DNA from: Candidatus Vogelbacteria bacterium
GTDB taxonomy: Bacteria > Patescibacteriota > Minisyncoccia > Phycocordibacterales > XYD1-FULL-46-19
Assembly (NCBI GenBank): GCA_016188295.1
Contig: JACPIA010000003.1
Span: forward strand, 30 to 64,029
Length of the DNA stretch: 64,000 nt
Reading direction: 5' to 3'
Shown here: positions 8,436 through 17,502 of the stretch, one piece after another
Numbering within the stretch: position 1 is the first letter of the stretch
Layout of the letters: the number at the start of each line of letters is the position of its first letter
The notes under the pieces: model-generated
The model's input: only the letters and a program-made list of their open reading frames with translations
The model's database searches: none
What the model was told of the DNA's origin: nothing
Program-made: the position numbers and the translations under genes

Positions 8436-10229
8436 TTAATTACTGTCGGCCCTCATCATTTGTAAAAAAACATTATCAGGGATCTCCACCGAACCGCGCG
8501 CTTGCATTTTTTTCTTCCCTCTCTTTTGTTTTTCGCGCAACTTCATTTTGCGAGTGATATCACCACCATACAAGTAACCGGTAACATCTTTACGGAGAGC
8601 GGATAAAGTTTCTGAAGAGATAATCCGTCCCAGCGCTTGAGCTTGGATTTTAACCGCGATTAATTGTCGTGGCAATAATCTAGCTAATTTTTCCACCGCC
8701 ACTTTAGCCTCATGCTCCACTTGGCGTCGCGCCACTACCCGCGAAAAAGCGGCCACGATTTCGCTATTAACTAACACATCGAGGCGCACTACCTCCGCCG
8801 GTTGCCATTCCCCAATCCGGTATGAGAGCGAAGCGAAGCCGGAGGAAATACTTTTTAATTTATCAAAAAAGTGGCGCATTAACTCACGAAGTGACATATT
8901 AATCGTCAATGCCGTTCGACCAGCCGACCAATTGTCGGTATTTATAATAATTGCTTCATGTTCATAAAGAAGTGGCATAATCGCCGCCAAATACTCCGGC
9001 GGTGTAATCAACGTTACTGTCACCCACAACTCACGGATCGAGTAATTTTTGGTCTCTTCAGGAAAGCGAGTTGGCGAGTAAATAAGAGCGGTCTCACCGG
9101 TAATATTATTAGTGACCTCATAACTGATGGTTGGTGTGGCCACAATCAGAGTTAAGCCAAACTCTCGTCGCAAGCGCTCGGTAATAATCTCCAAGTGGAG
9201 CATACCAAGGAAGCCAATTCTAAAACCCCGCCCTAAAGCGCCAGACGACTCCTCCTCAAAGGTAAAAGCTGAATCCGAGAGGTTGAGCCGCTCTAAAGCC
9301 TGTTTAAGAACCGGGAAGTCATCCTGACTCTCCGGATACACCGAAGCCCAGACCACCGGTCGAGGTTGCTCATAGCCCGGTACAGCCGGTAGAGCTTCTC
9401 TACCGGTTAAGGTATCACCCACATGGGCCAAACCTGGCTTTTTAAGTCCAGTGACAATGTAACCGATTTCACCCGCTTTTAGGGCCGTAGCTGGGGTACG
9501 TTCGGGAGCAAAAAAGCCAACTTCGCCTACTACACAACCCTCACCACTACCTACAAAATGGAGGATATTACCAGCTGTTAAGATGCCATCTAAGACTCTT
9601 ACGTACACGATCACACCTCGATGAGTAGAATATTCAAAATCAAACACTAAAGCTCGCGAGCCATTGGGTACACTGTCGACCGGTGGTGGTACTCGCTTCA
9701 CAATCTCAACCAATAATTCATCCACGCCCGCGCCGGTTTTACCGGACACCGCTAAAATAGTGTCCGGATTTACTTCCAATAATTTAGCAACCTCGGTTCG
9801 TACCTCCTCGACTCGGGCAATTGGTAAATCAATTTTATTAAGCACAGGAATAATAGTAAGGTCGAATGTTCGAGCTAACGACAACACTGATAAAGTTTGC
9901 GCCTGTACGCCCTGTGTCGCATCAATCAATAAAATGACTCCTTCTACTGCCTGCAAGGCTCGCGATACTTCGTACGAAAAATCAATATGTCCCGGCGTAT
10001 CAATTAAATTAAATTCATAAGTCTCCCCTTGATGCCGATAGCTCATTCGCACCGGCTGCATTTTAATAGTAATCCCCCGCTCGCGCTCCAAGTCCATCCG
10101 GTCTAAGACTTGATTCTTCATCTTACGCTGTTCAATCGTTCCGGTACGCTCAAGGAGCCGGTCAGCCAAAGTGGACTTACCGTGATCAATGTGAGCAATA
10201 ATACTAAAATTTCTAATCTTCTCCGCCAT
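8436..10229 (-). CDS. lepA: translation elongation factor 4 (LepA)
   Basis: N-terminal NFSIIAHIDHGKSTLADRLL with the G1-G4 GTPase motifs and the LepA C-terminal domain. Confidence 0.9.
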   Translation of the reverse strand: MAEKIRNFSIIAHIDHGKSTLADRLLERTGTIEQRKMKNQVLDRMDLERERGITIKMQPVRMSYRHQGETYEFNLIDTPGHIDFSYEVSRALQAVEGVILLIDATQGVQAQTLSVLSLARTFDLTIIPVLNKIDLPIARVEEVRTEVAKLLEVNPDTILAVSGKTGAGVDELLVEIVKRVPPPVDSVPNGSRALVFDFEYSTHRGVIVYVRVLDGILTAGNILHFVGSGEGCVVGEVGFFAPERTPATALKAGEIGYIVTGLKKPGLAHVGDTLTGREALPAVPGYEQPRPVVWASVYPESQDDFPVLKQALERLNLSDSAFTFEEESSGALGRGFRIGFLGMLHLEIITERLRREFGLTLIVATPTISYEVTNNITGETALIYSPTRFPEETKNYSIRELWVTVTLITPPEYLAAIMPLLYEHEAIIINTDNWSAGRTALTINMSLRELMRHFFDKLKSISSGFASLSYRIGEWQPAEVVRLDVLVNSEIVAAFSRVVARRQVEHEAKVAVEKLARLLPRQLIAVKIQAQALGRIISSETLSALRKDVTGYLYGGDITRKMKLREKQKRGKKKMQARGSVEIPDNVFLQMMRADSN

Positions 10230-10437
10230 CGCCCTATCCTATCATAACTCGCGAGGTATCATAAAAAACTTACAATTTTTAGCCTAGTATGCTAACCTAT
10301 AGGTACAAATGGCTTCGGCCCTCCCCGCAAGGGGTAAAAACAAAGATAAGCTCAGGCGAGTAATTGCTTGAGTTTTTCTTTTACTTCCTTAAAATCTTTG
10401 CTCATCAACAATAGATATTTTTCACTCTGTTTTGTTA

Positions 10438-11463
10438 TTAAATCTTCTTAATTGTTCGGAGTAAATCATCAAGTGGTTTAGTTTTACCGGAACCATCTAT
10501 ATGAAGTTTAAGAAACGTGCTATGTGACAACGGGATAATAAATGTGGCCCAACGTCCAGCCCCCACAAGTACTGGCAAACCATCTGCGGTGTATGGATAG
10601 TAAATATATGGAGTTGCTATTGGGGATAATGTTTCGCCAGTTTTTTCACTCTGGCGCACATTTGTCATCCATCGCTGATTACTCTCATCGTAATAATAAG
10701 TAACCGTACCAAATTTTGTGTCAGAAGTAGTAATACTGGTGCCTGATATATAGCTAATATCAATTGTATCCCCTACTGAATCTCCTGAGACTTGCTTAAG
10801 TTCTATACGGTCACCAGTATCACTAATCAAATTCCAGTTGGGTGATTTTGTAAAAGAAACACCCCAATTGTTTTTTATGATTGGAACTAATGAAGTACTA
10901 ACAGGGGTGTTCTGTATAGCAACGGAGGAATAAATTTGTTGGGCAATTTTAGGATCATAATTTTTTCCAGTTGCTACACCCAACTCACACGATTGTTGGA
11001 AATCATCCCTGTTAATGAAAATTAAACTAAAATCACTCGCCGCTTTTCTGTCTCTATCCTTTAGATTCCACAACTCAACTTTATATGTCTTTCCGGCTTG
11101 CTTAATTTCCCTCGTCTGAGATTCTATATCCCATGCTTCATATCCAACTTCTCTAATGGGACAACGTAGAGAACCTACATGCTCTCCATCCACAGCAAAA
11201 GTGGCTCCGTTTGATAATGGATTAGCAACCCATCCCGAAGGATACAAAAATTGATAATTATTAAATGAATACGTTTGCCAATTTGCTGTCGTTTGCCTAG
11301 CCAATAATTTTTGCAGTATTTGGGTTAAAACTTGGATTTGTTCCCTCAATAAATTAATCAATTGTTGATTGTAGGAAGTAGCTAAAGTTTGAGCTTGGAC
11401 TACTCCCACTGGCACTACGATTATGGCTAATAAAACCAGGCCAATGGCTATATATTTCTTCAT
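10438..11463 (-). CDS. hypothetical secreted protein
   Basis: 341 aa with a signal-peptide-like N-terminus (MKKYIAIGLVLLAIIVVPVGVVQA). No known domain recognised. Confidence 0.5.
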   Translation of the reverse strand: MKKYIAIGLVLLAIIVVPVGVVQAQTLATSYNQQLINLLREQIQVLTQILQKLLARQTTANWQTYSFNNYQFLYPSGWVANPLSNGATFAVDGEHVGSLRCPIREVGYEAWDIESQTREIKQAGKTYKVELWNLKDRDRKAASDFSLIFINRDDFQQSCELGVATGKNYDPKIAQQIYSSVAIQNTPVSTSLVPIIKNNWGVSFTKSPNWNLISDTGDRIELKQVSGDSVGDTIDISYISGTSITTSDTKFGTVTYYYDESNQRWMTNVRQSEKTGETLSPIATPYIYYPYTADGLPVLVGAGRWATFIIPLSHSTFLKLHIDGSGKTKPLDDLLRTIKKI

Positions 11464-11486
11464 ATAAAGCTACTATATAACATCGC

Positions 11487-13160
11487 TTATAATTCGCCAA
11501 CTTCAGGCACGATGGTTTCTTGGGAGCGGCGGCGAGTGAGAGAGCGTTTTAATTCGACTATTTCTTGATTACTGATCGAAAGTAGTAATATCGCAATGAC
11601 GATAATCCCAACGATTCCCGCTAATAATCCTTGAGTTAAAACTCCGAGTGTAGTGGACAGCGGTATGGACTCACCAATCAAGAGCAACACACTGTAAGCA
11701 GCTACGCCGCCAATTAAAGAGGCACCCAGTGACTCCGCGGTCGCGCGACGCAGACCAGTCGTGACCCAGCCAAAATCGCGACGAAACCACTGCCACAATA
11801 ATAATCCTTGTATAGTGACGCCAATGGTAAAAGCCAATGGGATCATAATGACCGCCGTACCGGGTACTTCCGGAATGCGCAATAATGACTCAACCATTAA
11901 CCGAAGTGAGGATGAGGTATTAAACGCCGTCACCAAGACCCAAGCTAAGGTGGAGGTAATAACCAACATTACGCCTGCGGCCACTAACGGTGTTTTAGTT
12001 TTACCGCCAGCATAATAACCCCGGACCAATAACAAGACTAAATTCTGAGCCGCTAACGACAAAACAAAAATAGCCACCGCGGCGGCGGTTAAACGAGTAG
12101 CCGTCCAGTCAAAAGCACCCGCACCTAAAATCACCCGCACAATATGCGCTCGTAAGACCATAAACAACACCATTACCGGTACCGACCAAAAGACAATGTG
12201 CCGGGCCGCCCGACCAATATGACTTAAAAATTCTGCCCGAGAGCCTTTAGTGTAAAGGGCCGTGAGGGTAGGGAAGGCGGCTACCGAATAGCTGACACCA
12301 ATTAAAGCCAGCGGCACTGATTGTAAATTTAAAGCAAAAGTAAAAACCGCAATCGAGCCAATTGGCAAGAGCGAAGTGATCATCACTAAACCAACTTGGA
12401 CCAATTGATGACAACCCAAAGTAAACGTGCGTGGTAAGGACACAACTAAGACCGGTTTAATCTCCTGCCAATTGACTAAACGCCATGTCGGCAAAAATCC
12501 CAGTTTAGTAATCGTCGGTAATTGGATAACTAAATGCAATAACGCCCCCAAGACTACTCCCCAAGCCAAACCACTAAGGCCCCGGTAGGGATATAGCCAT
12601 AAGATACCAAAAATAATACCTAAGTTGTAAAAAATCGGACTAAGCGAGTAAATAACAAAACGCCGATAAGCTTGAGTAATACTGGCAAATAAATTAGATA
12701 AGCCAAGTAAAAACGGTGATATTAAAATAATCCGCGACAACTCGACCACCGTTAATTGATCAACCACCGTAAACCCTGGTACCACTCTGATGATTAACCA
12801 AGGTATTATGATATAAAGTCCCACACTAACTAGCACCATCATTAAACTAAATAAAGTCACCACTCCAGACAAAAAACGCTTGGCCTCCGCTTCTTTACCG
12901 TCAGCCAAACGTGTCAGTACAAAAGGGATAAGCACCGTAACGGAAACCAGTGAGGCCACCGACACGTAAACCAGATCCGGAATCCGAAAAGAAGCATAAT
13001 AAATATCCAGTGTCCGTCCCACTCCAAAAGCACTGGCCAATAGACGGTCACGGACTAAACCTAGTAATTGTGAAGTTAAAGCTGAAATCGATAAAAACAA
13101 AGCCGCCTGATGCAGGCCGCTTAATTCGCGATCTAAAAGTTTGAGCAAACTTTTAACCAT
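11487..13160 (-). CDS. murJ: lipid II flippase MurJ (MviN)
   Basis: 14-TM MOP-superfamily pattern with the N-terminal LSISALTSQLLGLVRDRLLASAFG typical of MurJ. Confidence 0.8.
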   Translation of the reverse strand: MVKSLLKLLDRELSGLHQAALFLSISALTSQLLGLVRDRLLASAFGVGRTLDIYYASFRIPDLVYVSVASLVSVTVLIPFVLTRLADGKEAEAKRFLSGVVTLFSLMMVLVSVGLYIIIPWLIIRVVPGFTVVDQLTVVELSRIILISPFLLGLSNLFASITQAYRRFVIYSLSPIFYNLGIIFGILWLYPYRGLSGLAWGVVLGALLHLVIQLPTITKLGFLPTWRLVNWQEIKPVLVVSLPRTFTLGCHQLVQVGLVMITSLLPIGSIAVFTFALNLQSVPLALIGVSYSVAAFPTLTALYTKGSRAEFLSHIGRAARHIVFWSVPVMVLFMVLRAHIVRVILGAGAFDWTATRLTAAAVAIFVLSLAAQNLVLLLVRGYYAGGKTKTPLVAAGVMLVITSTLAWVLVTAFNTSSSLRLMVESLLRIPEVPGTAVIMIPLAFTIGVTIQGLLLWQWFRRDFGWVTTGLRRATAESLGASLIGGVAAYSVLLLIGESIPLSTTLGVLTQGLLAGIVGIIVIAILLLSISNQEIVELKRSLTRRRSQETIVPEVGEL

Positions 13161-13163
13161 ATA

Positions 13164-15515
13164 CTAATTGTCTTTGACTGGAGGGGTAGAGCGCTTCTCT
13201 GGCGTATCTTTGGTACCAGTGGCAAATGGTGCTCGGCCCGCGCGCAAATTAGCTAAAATGGATTTGACCTCGGCATTACCGGGATTAAGAGCAGCTACCG
13301 CCTCAAATTGATTAATAGCCGCTTGACGATTACCCAGAGCTGACTCGGCTAAACCCAAAAAATATTGAGCATTAGCATAATTAGATATGAGGTCAGTGGC
13401 TCTAGTAAGCGCTTGTCTAGCCTCAACGTAGTCGCCGGCTCGATAACGTAAAAAACCAAGTTGGAAAAAGATCCCGCCATCATTGGGTGAGAGGAGAACA
13501 GCGTTCTCGGCCCGAATAATCGCCTCTTTTAAGTTGCCTGATTCCACATCAAGTTGGGCTAACAAAAAGAGAGCGTCAGTATAATTAGCTTTTTTAGCTA
13601 CCGCTGTCAGCAAGTGCTCGCGTGCGGCCTTGCGATCATTAAGCGCCAACTCTAAACGAGCAAGCAATAAATCAATCGCCGGGCTAGTGGGATTACGTTT
13701 AGCGACCTCGGCATAAGTAGCGACGGCTTGCTCGTAAGCACCCGGAATTTTAAGCGGTACTAGTGACTCATAAACACGAGCTAAAGCAATCCAATTTAAA
13801 TAATTATTAGGATTGTGATCAATAGCCCTTTTAGTCGCGATTAAAGTGGTAGAGAGCAAACCCTCAAATTGGGCCCGCACCGTCTCCGGTGAAGTTTCAT
13901 TGTTGGATGATAATAATAAACTAATCTTAGCTAAACCGACATCAGCCAAAGCTCGCTCATAAATCTCACTATCACTCCAATTGGCCGCGGCTAAGAAGTA
14001 GGGTTCGACCTCGTCTACCGACTTGCCATTTTGGACCAAACTTAGACCTTGTTGAAACCAATAAATTGAAACCATTTTTTGAATTAATAAATAACCAGCA
14101 CCAATACTCAAAATTAAACTGAAAATTATTACCAAAATAGAGATAAAATTGATGCGCGGATTATGCGCTAAAAATAATTCATAAATCGGCAATCGCTTGA
14201 TCGCCACTAAAACACCGAAACTCATCCCCGACAAAGCCATAGTGATAATCAACAAAGCGGCACTCGGTACATAAAAAAGGCTAAAAATCCAACCATACAC
14301 TGTTACGAGTAGAATTACTAACGCCAAACTATGGCCACTTTTGTCGGTAGTAACGGTAAAAATATTCCTAATTATACCAAAACCAAAAAGTAGCAAAAAA
14401 GCCAAAACCCCCAATAGGCCGACTCCTCCGGCGGTAATTAAAAAAGTCGGCAAATAACCACTGGCGGCATCAAAATCGACTGCCCAAAATGGACTATTAT
14501 TGACTCCTGATGGCTTAAAGACCAGCCAACTGTTAGTAAACTGCCCCGGCCCAACACCAAGCAAGGGGTCTTTAATAATCGCCTGTTTAAACACCGCCCA
14601 AGTAGCACTCTCTGTCGGCCAGACCTCAATAGAATTGACCCCTAGTTTGATGGTCATTAAATTAAGACCGCGACCAACCACATTACTAGTCTGACCAATA
14701 GTTAAAAAGATGATAGCGACCACCAAGACAATAAATACCGGCCGAATAATCCGACGGTGCTCGCCGGAATTACTTCTCTCACGCATCACTATCAAGTAAA
14801 TAAATAAAATTAAACTTAATACGGCTAATACCAACCAGACACGGTAAAAATTAATAAAAGCGAGTGCAATTAAACTGGTAATCAAACTAACCCTGACTAA
14901 GTAAGAAATTACTTTGGAACCCTTTGGGGGCACTAATTCCCAAATACTCACCGCCATAGTAGCGATGAGGCCAAAAAAGACGGCGAGCTCATTCCACTTA
15001 CCGATTAAATTGACTGTTTTGGTACTAAAAATAGCGAGCCAATTAAATGGCCCAAAGATAATTAATAAAGCTTGGAATAAAAAGACTAAAATACTAGCTG
15101 CCAATAAACCCAAACAGACACGGATTACCCGTTCTTTGGATTGGAAAATAATCGCTGATAAGCCAAAAACTAAACTTAAAACCAACCAAAACCAGACCGT
15201 TCCATGTTCATAGCCACTGCCATAAAGCGAAAAACGGATTGCACCGGAAAAAAGCGCCGAGATTAACAGGCCAACTAACAGTGGCACCGGAGCTAACAAG
15301 CCGATCGTTTTAGGTAAAGTTAAATGGCTCTCTTGCAAAAGACTGATCAACCATAAGATTAAAACGGCAATGATACCGAACGACAGAATAAGGGTTTTAC
15401 CGACATCAATAGTCAGACCAAGGATAGGTAAAAATAAAAGTGGTGCTAAGATAATCAAAGCGGTTAAGACCCACAGAGCGATGATCTCAAAGGTTGGCCA
15501 TTGCTTTATAAACAT
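13164..15515 (-). CDS. O-antigen ligase-like (Wzy_C) polytopic membrane protein with C-terminal TPR repeats
   Basis: About 12 TM helices, then a roughly 250-aa C-terminus of TPR-like repeats. Confidence 0.55.
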   Translation of the reverse strand: MFIKQWPTFEIIALWVLTALIILAPLLFLPILGLTIDVGKTLILSFGIIAVLILWLISLLQESHLTLPKTIGLLAPVPLLVGLLISALFSGAIRFSLYGSGYEHGTVWFWLVLSLVFGLSAIIFQSKERVIRVCLGLLAASILVFLFQALLIIFGPFNWLAIFSTKTVNLIGKWNELAVFFGLIATMAVSIWELVPPKGSKVISYLVRVSLITSLIALAFINFYRVWLVLAVLSLILFIYLIVMRERSNSGEHRRIIRPVFIVLVVAIIFLTIGQTSNVVGRGLNLMTIKLGVNSIEVWPTESATWAVFKQAIIKDPLLGVGPGQFTNSWLVFKPSGVNNSPFWAVDFDAASGYLPTFLITAGGVGLLGVLAFLLLFGFGIIRNIFTVTTDKSGHSLALVILLVTVYGWIFSLFYVPSAALLIITMALSGMSFGVLVAIKRLPIYELFLAHNPRINFISILVIIFSLILSIGAGYLLIQKMVSIYWFQQGLSLVQNGKSVDEVEPYFLAAANWSDSEIYERALADVGLAKISLLLSSNNETSPETVRAQFEGLLSTTLIATKRAIDHNPNNYLNWIALARVYESLVPLKIPGAYEQAVATYAEVAKRNPTSPAIDLLLARLELALNDRKAAREHLLTAVAKKANYTDALFLLAQLDVESGNLKEAIIRAENAVLLSPNDGGIFFQLGFLRYRAGDYVEARQALTRATDLISNYANAQYFLGLAESALGNRQAAINQFEAVAALNPGNAEVKSILANLRAGRAPFATGTKDTPEKRSTPPVKDN

Positions 15516-15548
15516 AGAAGTTCTTTAATTATAAACGACAAACCCATT

Positions 15549-15773
15549 ATGACGCAACCACGAATTAAATTAAAGAAATTATTACCCATCAAAGAGGCGG
15601 CCGAGTGGTTAGGTGTCTCCCCCGCCACTTTGCGGATCTGGGACAAAAAGGGAATTTTAAAAGCCACCCGCCAGCCCGACAATCATTATCGTCGTTATAA
15701 TCTCCACACTCTCCAGCAAATCGCCGCCAGCCGTGATCTGGGCCCAAAACTAAGACGAAAATTAGTTGATTGA
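15549..15773 (+). CDS. MerR/excisionase-type HTH DNA-binding protein
   Basis: IKEAAEWLGVSPATLRIWDKKGILKATR helix-turn-helix. The start is trimmed to ATG 15549. The track ORF starts at 15501. Confidence 0.5.
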   Translation: MTQPRIKLKKLLPIKEAAEWLGVSPATLRIWDKKGILKATRQPDNHYRRYNLHTLQQIAASRDLGPKLRRKLVD

Positions 15774-15798
15774 TTTTTAGGGTGTTTTGTGCTATAGT
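15770..15798 (+). promoter_or_regulatory. candidate sigma70-type promoter for rnpB (TTGATT-17-TATAGT)
   Basis: -35 at 15770-15775 and -10 at 15793-15798, with 17-nt spacing. The RNA 5-prime end is predicted near 15805. Confidence 0.45.
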
Positions 15799-15802
15799 GA
15801 AA

Positions 15803-16253
15803 GAGCCTGGTCGGATAGTTGCCCCGCCAGTAGTGGGGAGGAAAGTCCGAACATCCTTGATCTTTGATTTAGAAGTACGTCGTGGGTAACGCCCACCCAG
15901 TTGTATGTGAATACAATTGAGGGACAGTGCCACAGAGACAATACTACCCGCCAATATCTTTTAAGGTTGTGGCGGGGAAAGGTGAAAAGTCTATGGAGGT
16001 TTACGCCACCATAGAGAATCCGTAGCGATACGGATACTTGGTAAACCCGACGTGATGCAAGGCCGTGATAATTTAGAGGTTGGAGATTTGAGGTGGGAAG
16101 TTGGATAATCTAATTTCTAACTTCCCACCTCCAACTTCTACTTTGTAGTGCCGCTTGACCCCGAGAGTAATCGAGGGGCTTAGATAAATAACTATCGTCC
16201 AGACTAAAACGTCTGGATACAGAATTCGGCTTATAGATCAGGCAAACAATATC
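15803..16253 (+). ncRNA. rnpB: RNase P RNA (bacterial type A-like)
   Basis: Conserved blocks GGAGGAAAGTCCG, GGGTAACGCCCACCC, CAGTGCCACAGAGACAA, GGTAAACCCGAC and ACAGAATTCGGCTTATAG. P1 pairs GCCTGGTC with GATCAGGC. Carries an extended perfect hairpin at 16078-16140. Confidence 0.85.
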
Positions 16254-16263
16254 AAAACCTCCC

Positions 16264-16294
16264 GCCAATTGGCGGGAGGTTTTGTGTTATGTCA
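16264..16294 (+). terminator. rho-independent terminator after rnpB
   Basis: AAAACCTCCCGCCaattGGCGGGAGGTTTT followed by GTGTT. Confidence 0.55.
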
Positions 16295-16480
16295 GTGCCA
16301 TCTGCTCCCTAAATTTCGGATAACTTTCAGCAACAAAATTATTGTCACGCGGGTCTTCTATCGCATTCATCATGAAAGAAAATCCCGGCTGCTTCCATTC
16401 TTCCAAAGGTATGAAGTCAGTTCTTGAAATTCTCCGGTGTCCGCCTTCAGTTGTGGCCTAAATTTTTCCATATTGTTCCT

Positions 16481-17488
16481 TTAAACTTTAATGTAGCGCG
16501 TGGCCCGGCCTCGTCCCACTCTTTTAATTTCGCCGAGCTCGACGAGACGATCCAGCGCTTGGCGGACTGTCCCCAGCGCCATATTGGTCGCTTTCACAAT
16601 TTCCCCTGGAGCTGCTTCTTTAACGCTTGAGAGGTATTTCCAAACCTCGTATTGCTTAGGCGAAAGGGTATCTTCAATTTTTTCTGCCTGCAGATACGAA
16701 AGAGCTTTGGTAGCTTGCTCCTGCACAACAAACAAAAAGAAATTTAACCATGGCGAGATTGTGTCGTGATCTGTTTTAAATGTCTCCTGTGATTTGCGGA
16801 GCGCTATATAATATTCGTCTTTGCGGCGTTCGATAACTTGCTCATGCGAGACATACTGCACAAAAGTGTAGCCTGAGCGAAGAAGCAAAAGATTTGTGAG
16901 GACGCGCGAAAGACGTCCATTCCCATCTTCAAATGGATGGATTTTCAAAAACTCGACAATGAAATCAGCGATGATAAGAAGCTGGTGGAAACGATTCTTT
17001 TCAAGTGCATCGGCAGTCCAGTCGACGAGCTCCTGCATTTCTTTGCCGGTGAGATACGCTGGCGTAGTTTCAAACATTATTTTTACCACTTTGCCGTCCG
17101 CCCCTACCACACCGACTGTATTTTCTTTCTTTTTGTATCCTCCGCGATATGTGTCATCTTTATTCGAATATTTAAGAAGCTGATTATGTAGAGAGGTAAT
17201 GACACTCTTCCGAAGCGGCAGAGCCTGAAAGCTGTCGAATACATTTTGAAGCGTTTCAAGATAGCCCTGCACTTCCTGTGAGTCACGATCCGCAAATTTA
17301 GAAACCGTCAGCCCGCGCATAACTTTCTCGACTTTCTCGTCAGTGATGTCCGCTCCTTCAATGCGGGTGGATGCACCAGCTGAAGTAATCAGCGTCGATC
17401 TCTTAAGGTTGGTAATCGCCTGAGGTGTCATTCTTAATCCCCCCTTAAATTCACCCCGAATCCCGTCAATTTCAGCCAAAAGAGCCAC
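16481..17488 (-). CDS. fic: Fic family protein (AMPylator/adenylyltransferase-like) with C-terminal winged HTH
   Basis: Fic motif HPFEDGNGRLSRVL and a C-terminal wHTH (GEIVKATNMALGTVRQALDRLVELGEIKRVGRG). Confidence 0.8.
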   Translation of the reverse strand: MALLAEIDGIRGEFKGGLRMTPQAITNLKRSTLITSAGASTRIEGADITDEKVEKVMRGLTVSKFADRDSQEVQGYLETLQNVFDSFQALPLRKSVITSLHNQLLKYSNKDDTYRGGYKKKENTVGVVGADGKVVKIMFETTPAYLTGKEMQELVDWTADALEKNRFHQLLIIADFIVEFLKIHPFEDGNGRLSRVLTNLLLLRSGYTFVQYVSHEQVIERRKDEYYIALRKSQETFKTDHDTISPWLNFFLFVVQEQATKALSYLQAEKIEDTLSPKQYEVWKYLSSVKEAAPGEIVKATNMALGTVRQALDRLVELGEIKRVGRGRATRYIKV

Positions 17489-17502
17489 GATAGAGGATCT
17501 GT

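Noticed and set aside
8329-8436. 36-codon plus-strand ORF (MNYSSKPKNKISPLWAFVGFIVIVGMILLYLAPIFT) between two minus-strand genes.
   Set aside because: No SD sequence or terminator seen. Plausibly a small membrane peptide, but unsupported.
15589-15954. 121-aa minus-strand ORF.
   Set aside because: Lies entirely antisense within the RNase P RNA gene and its promoter, so it is spurious.
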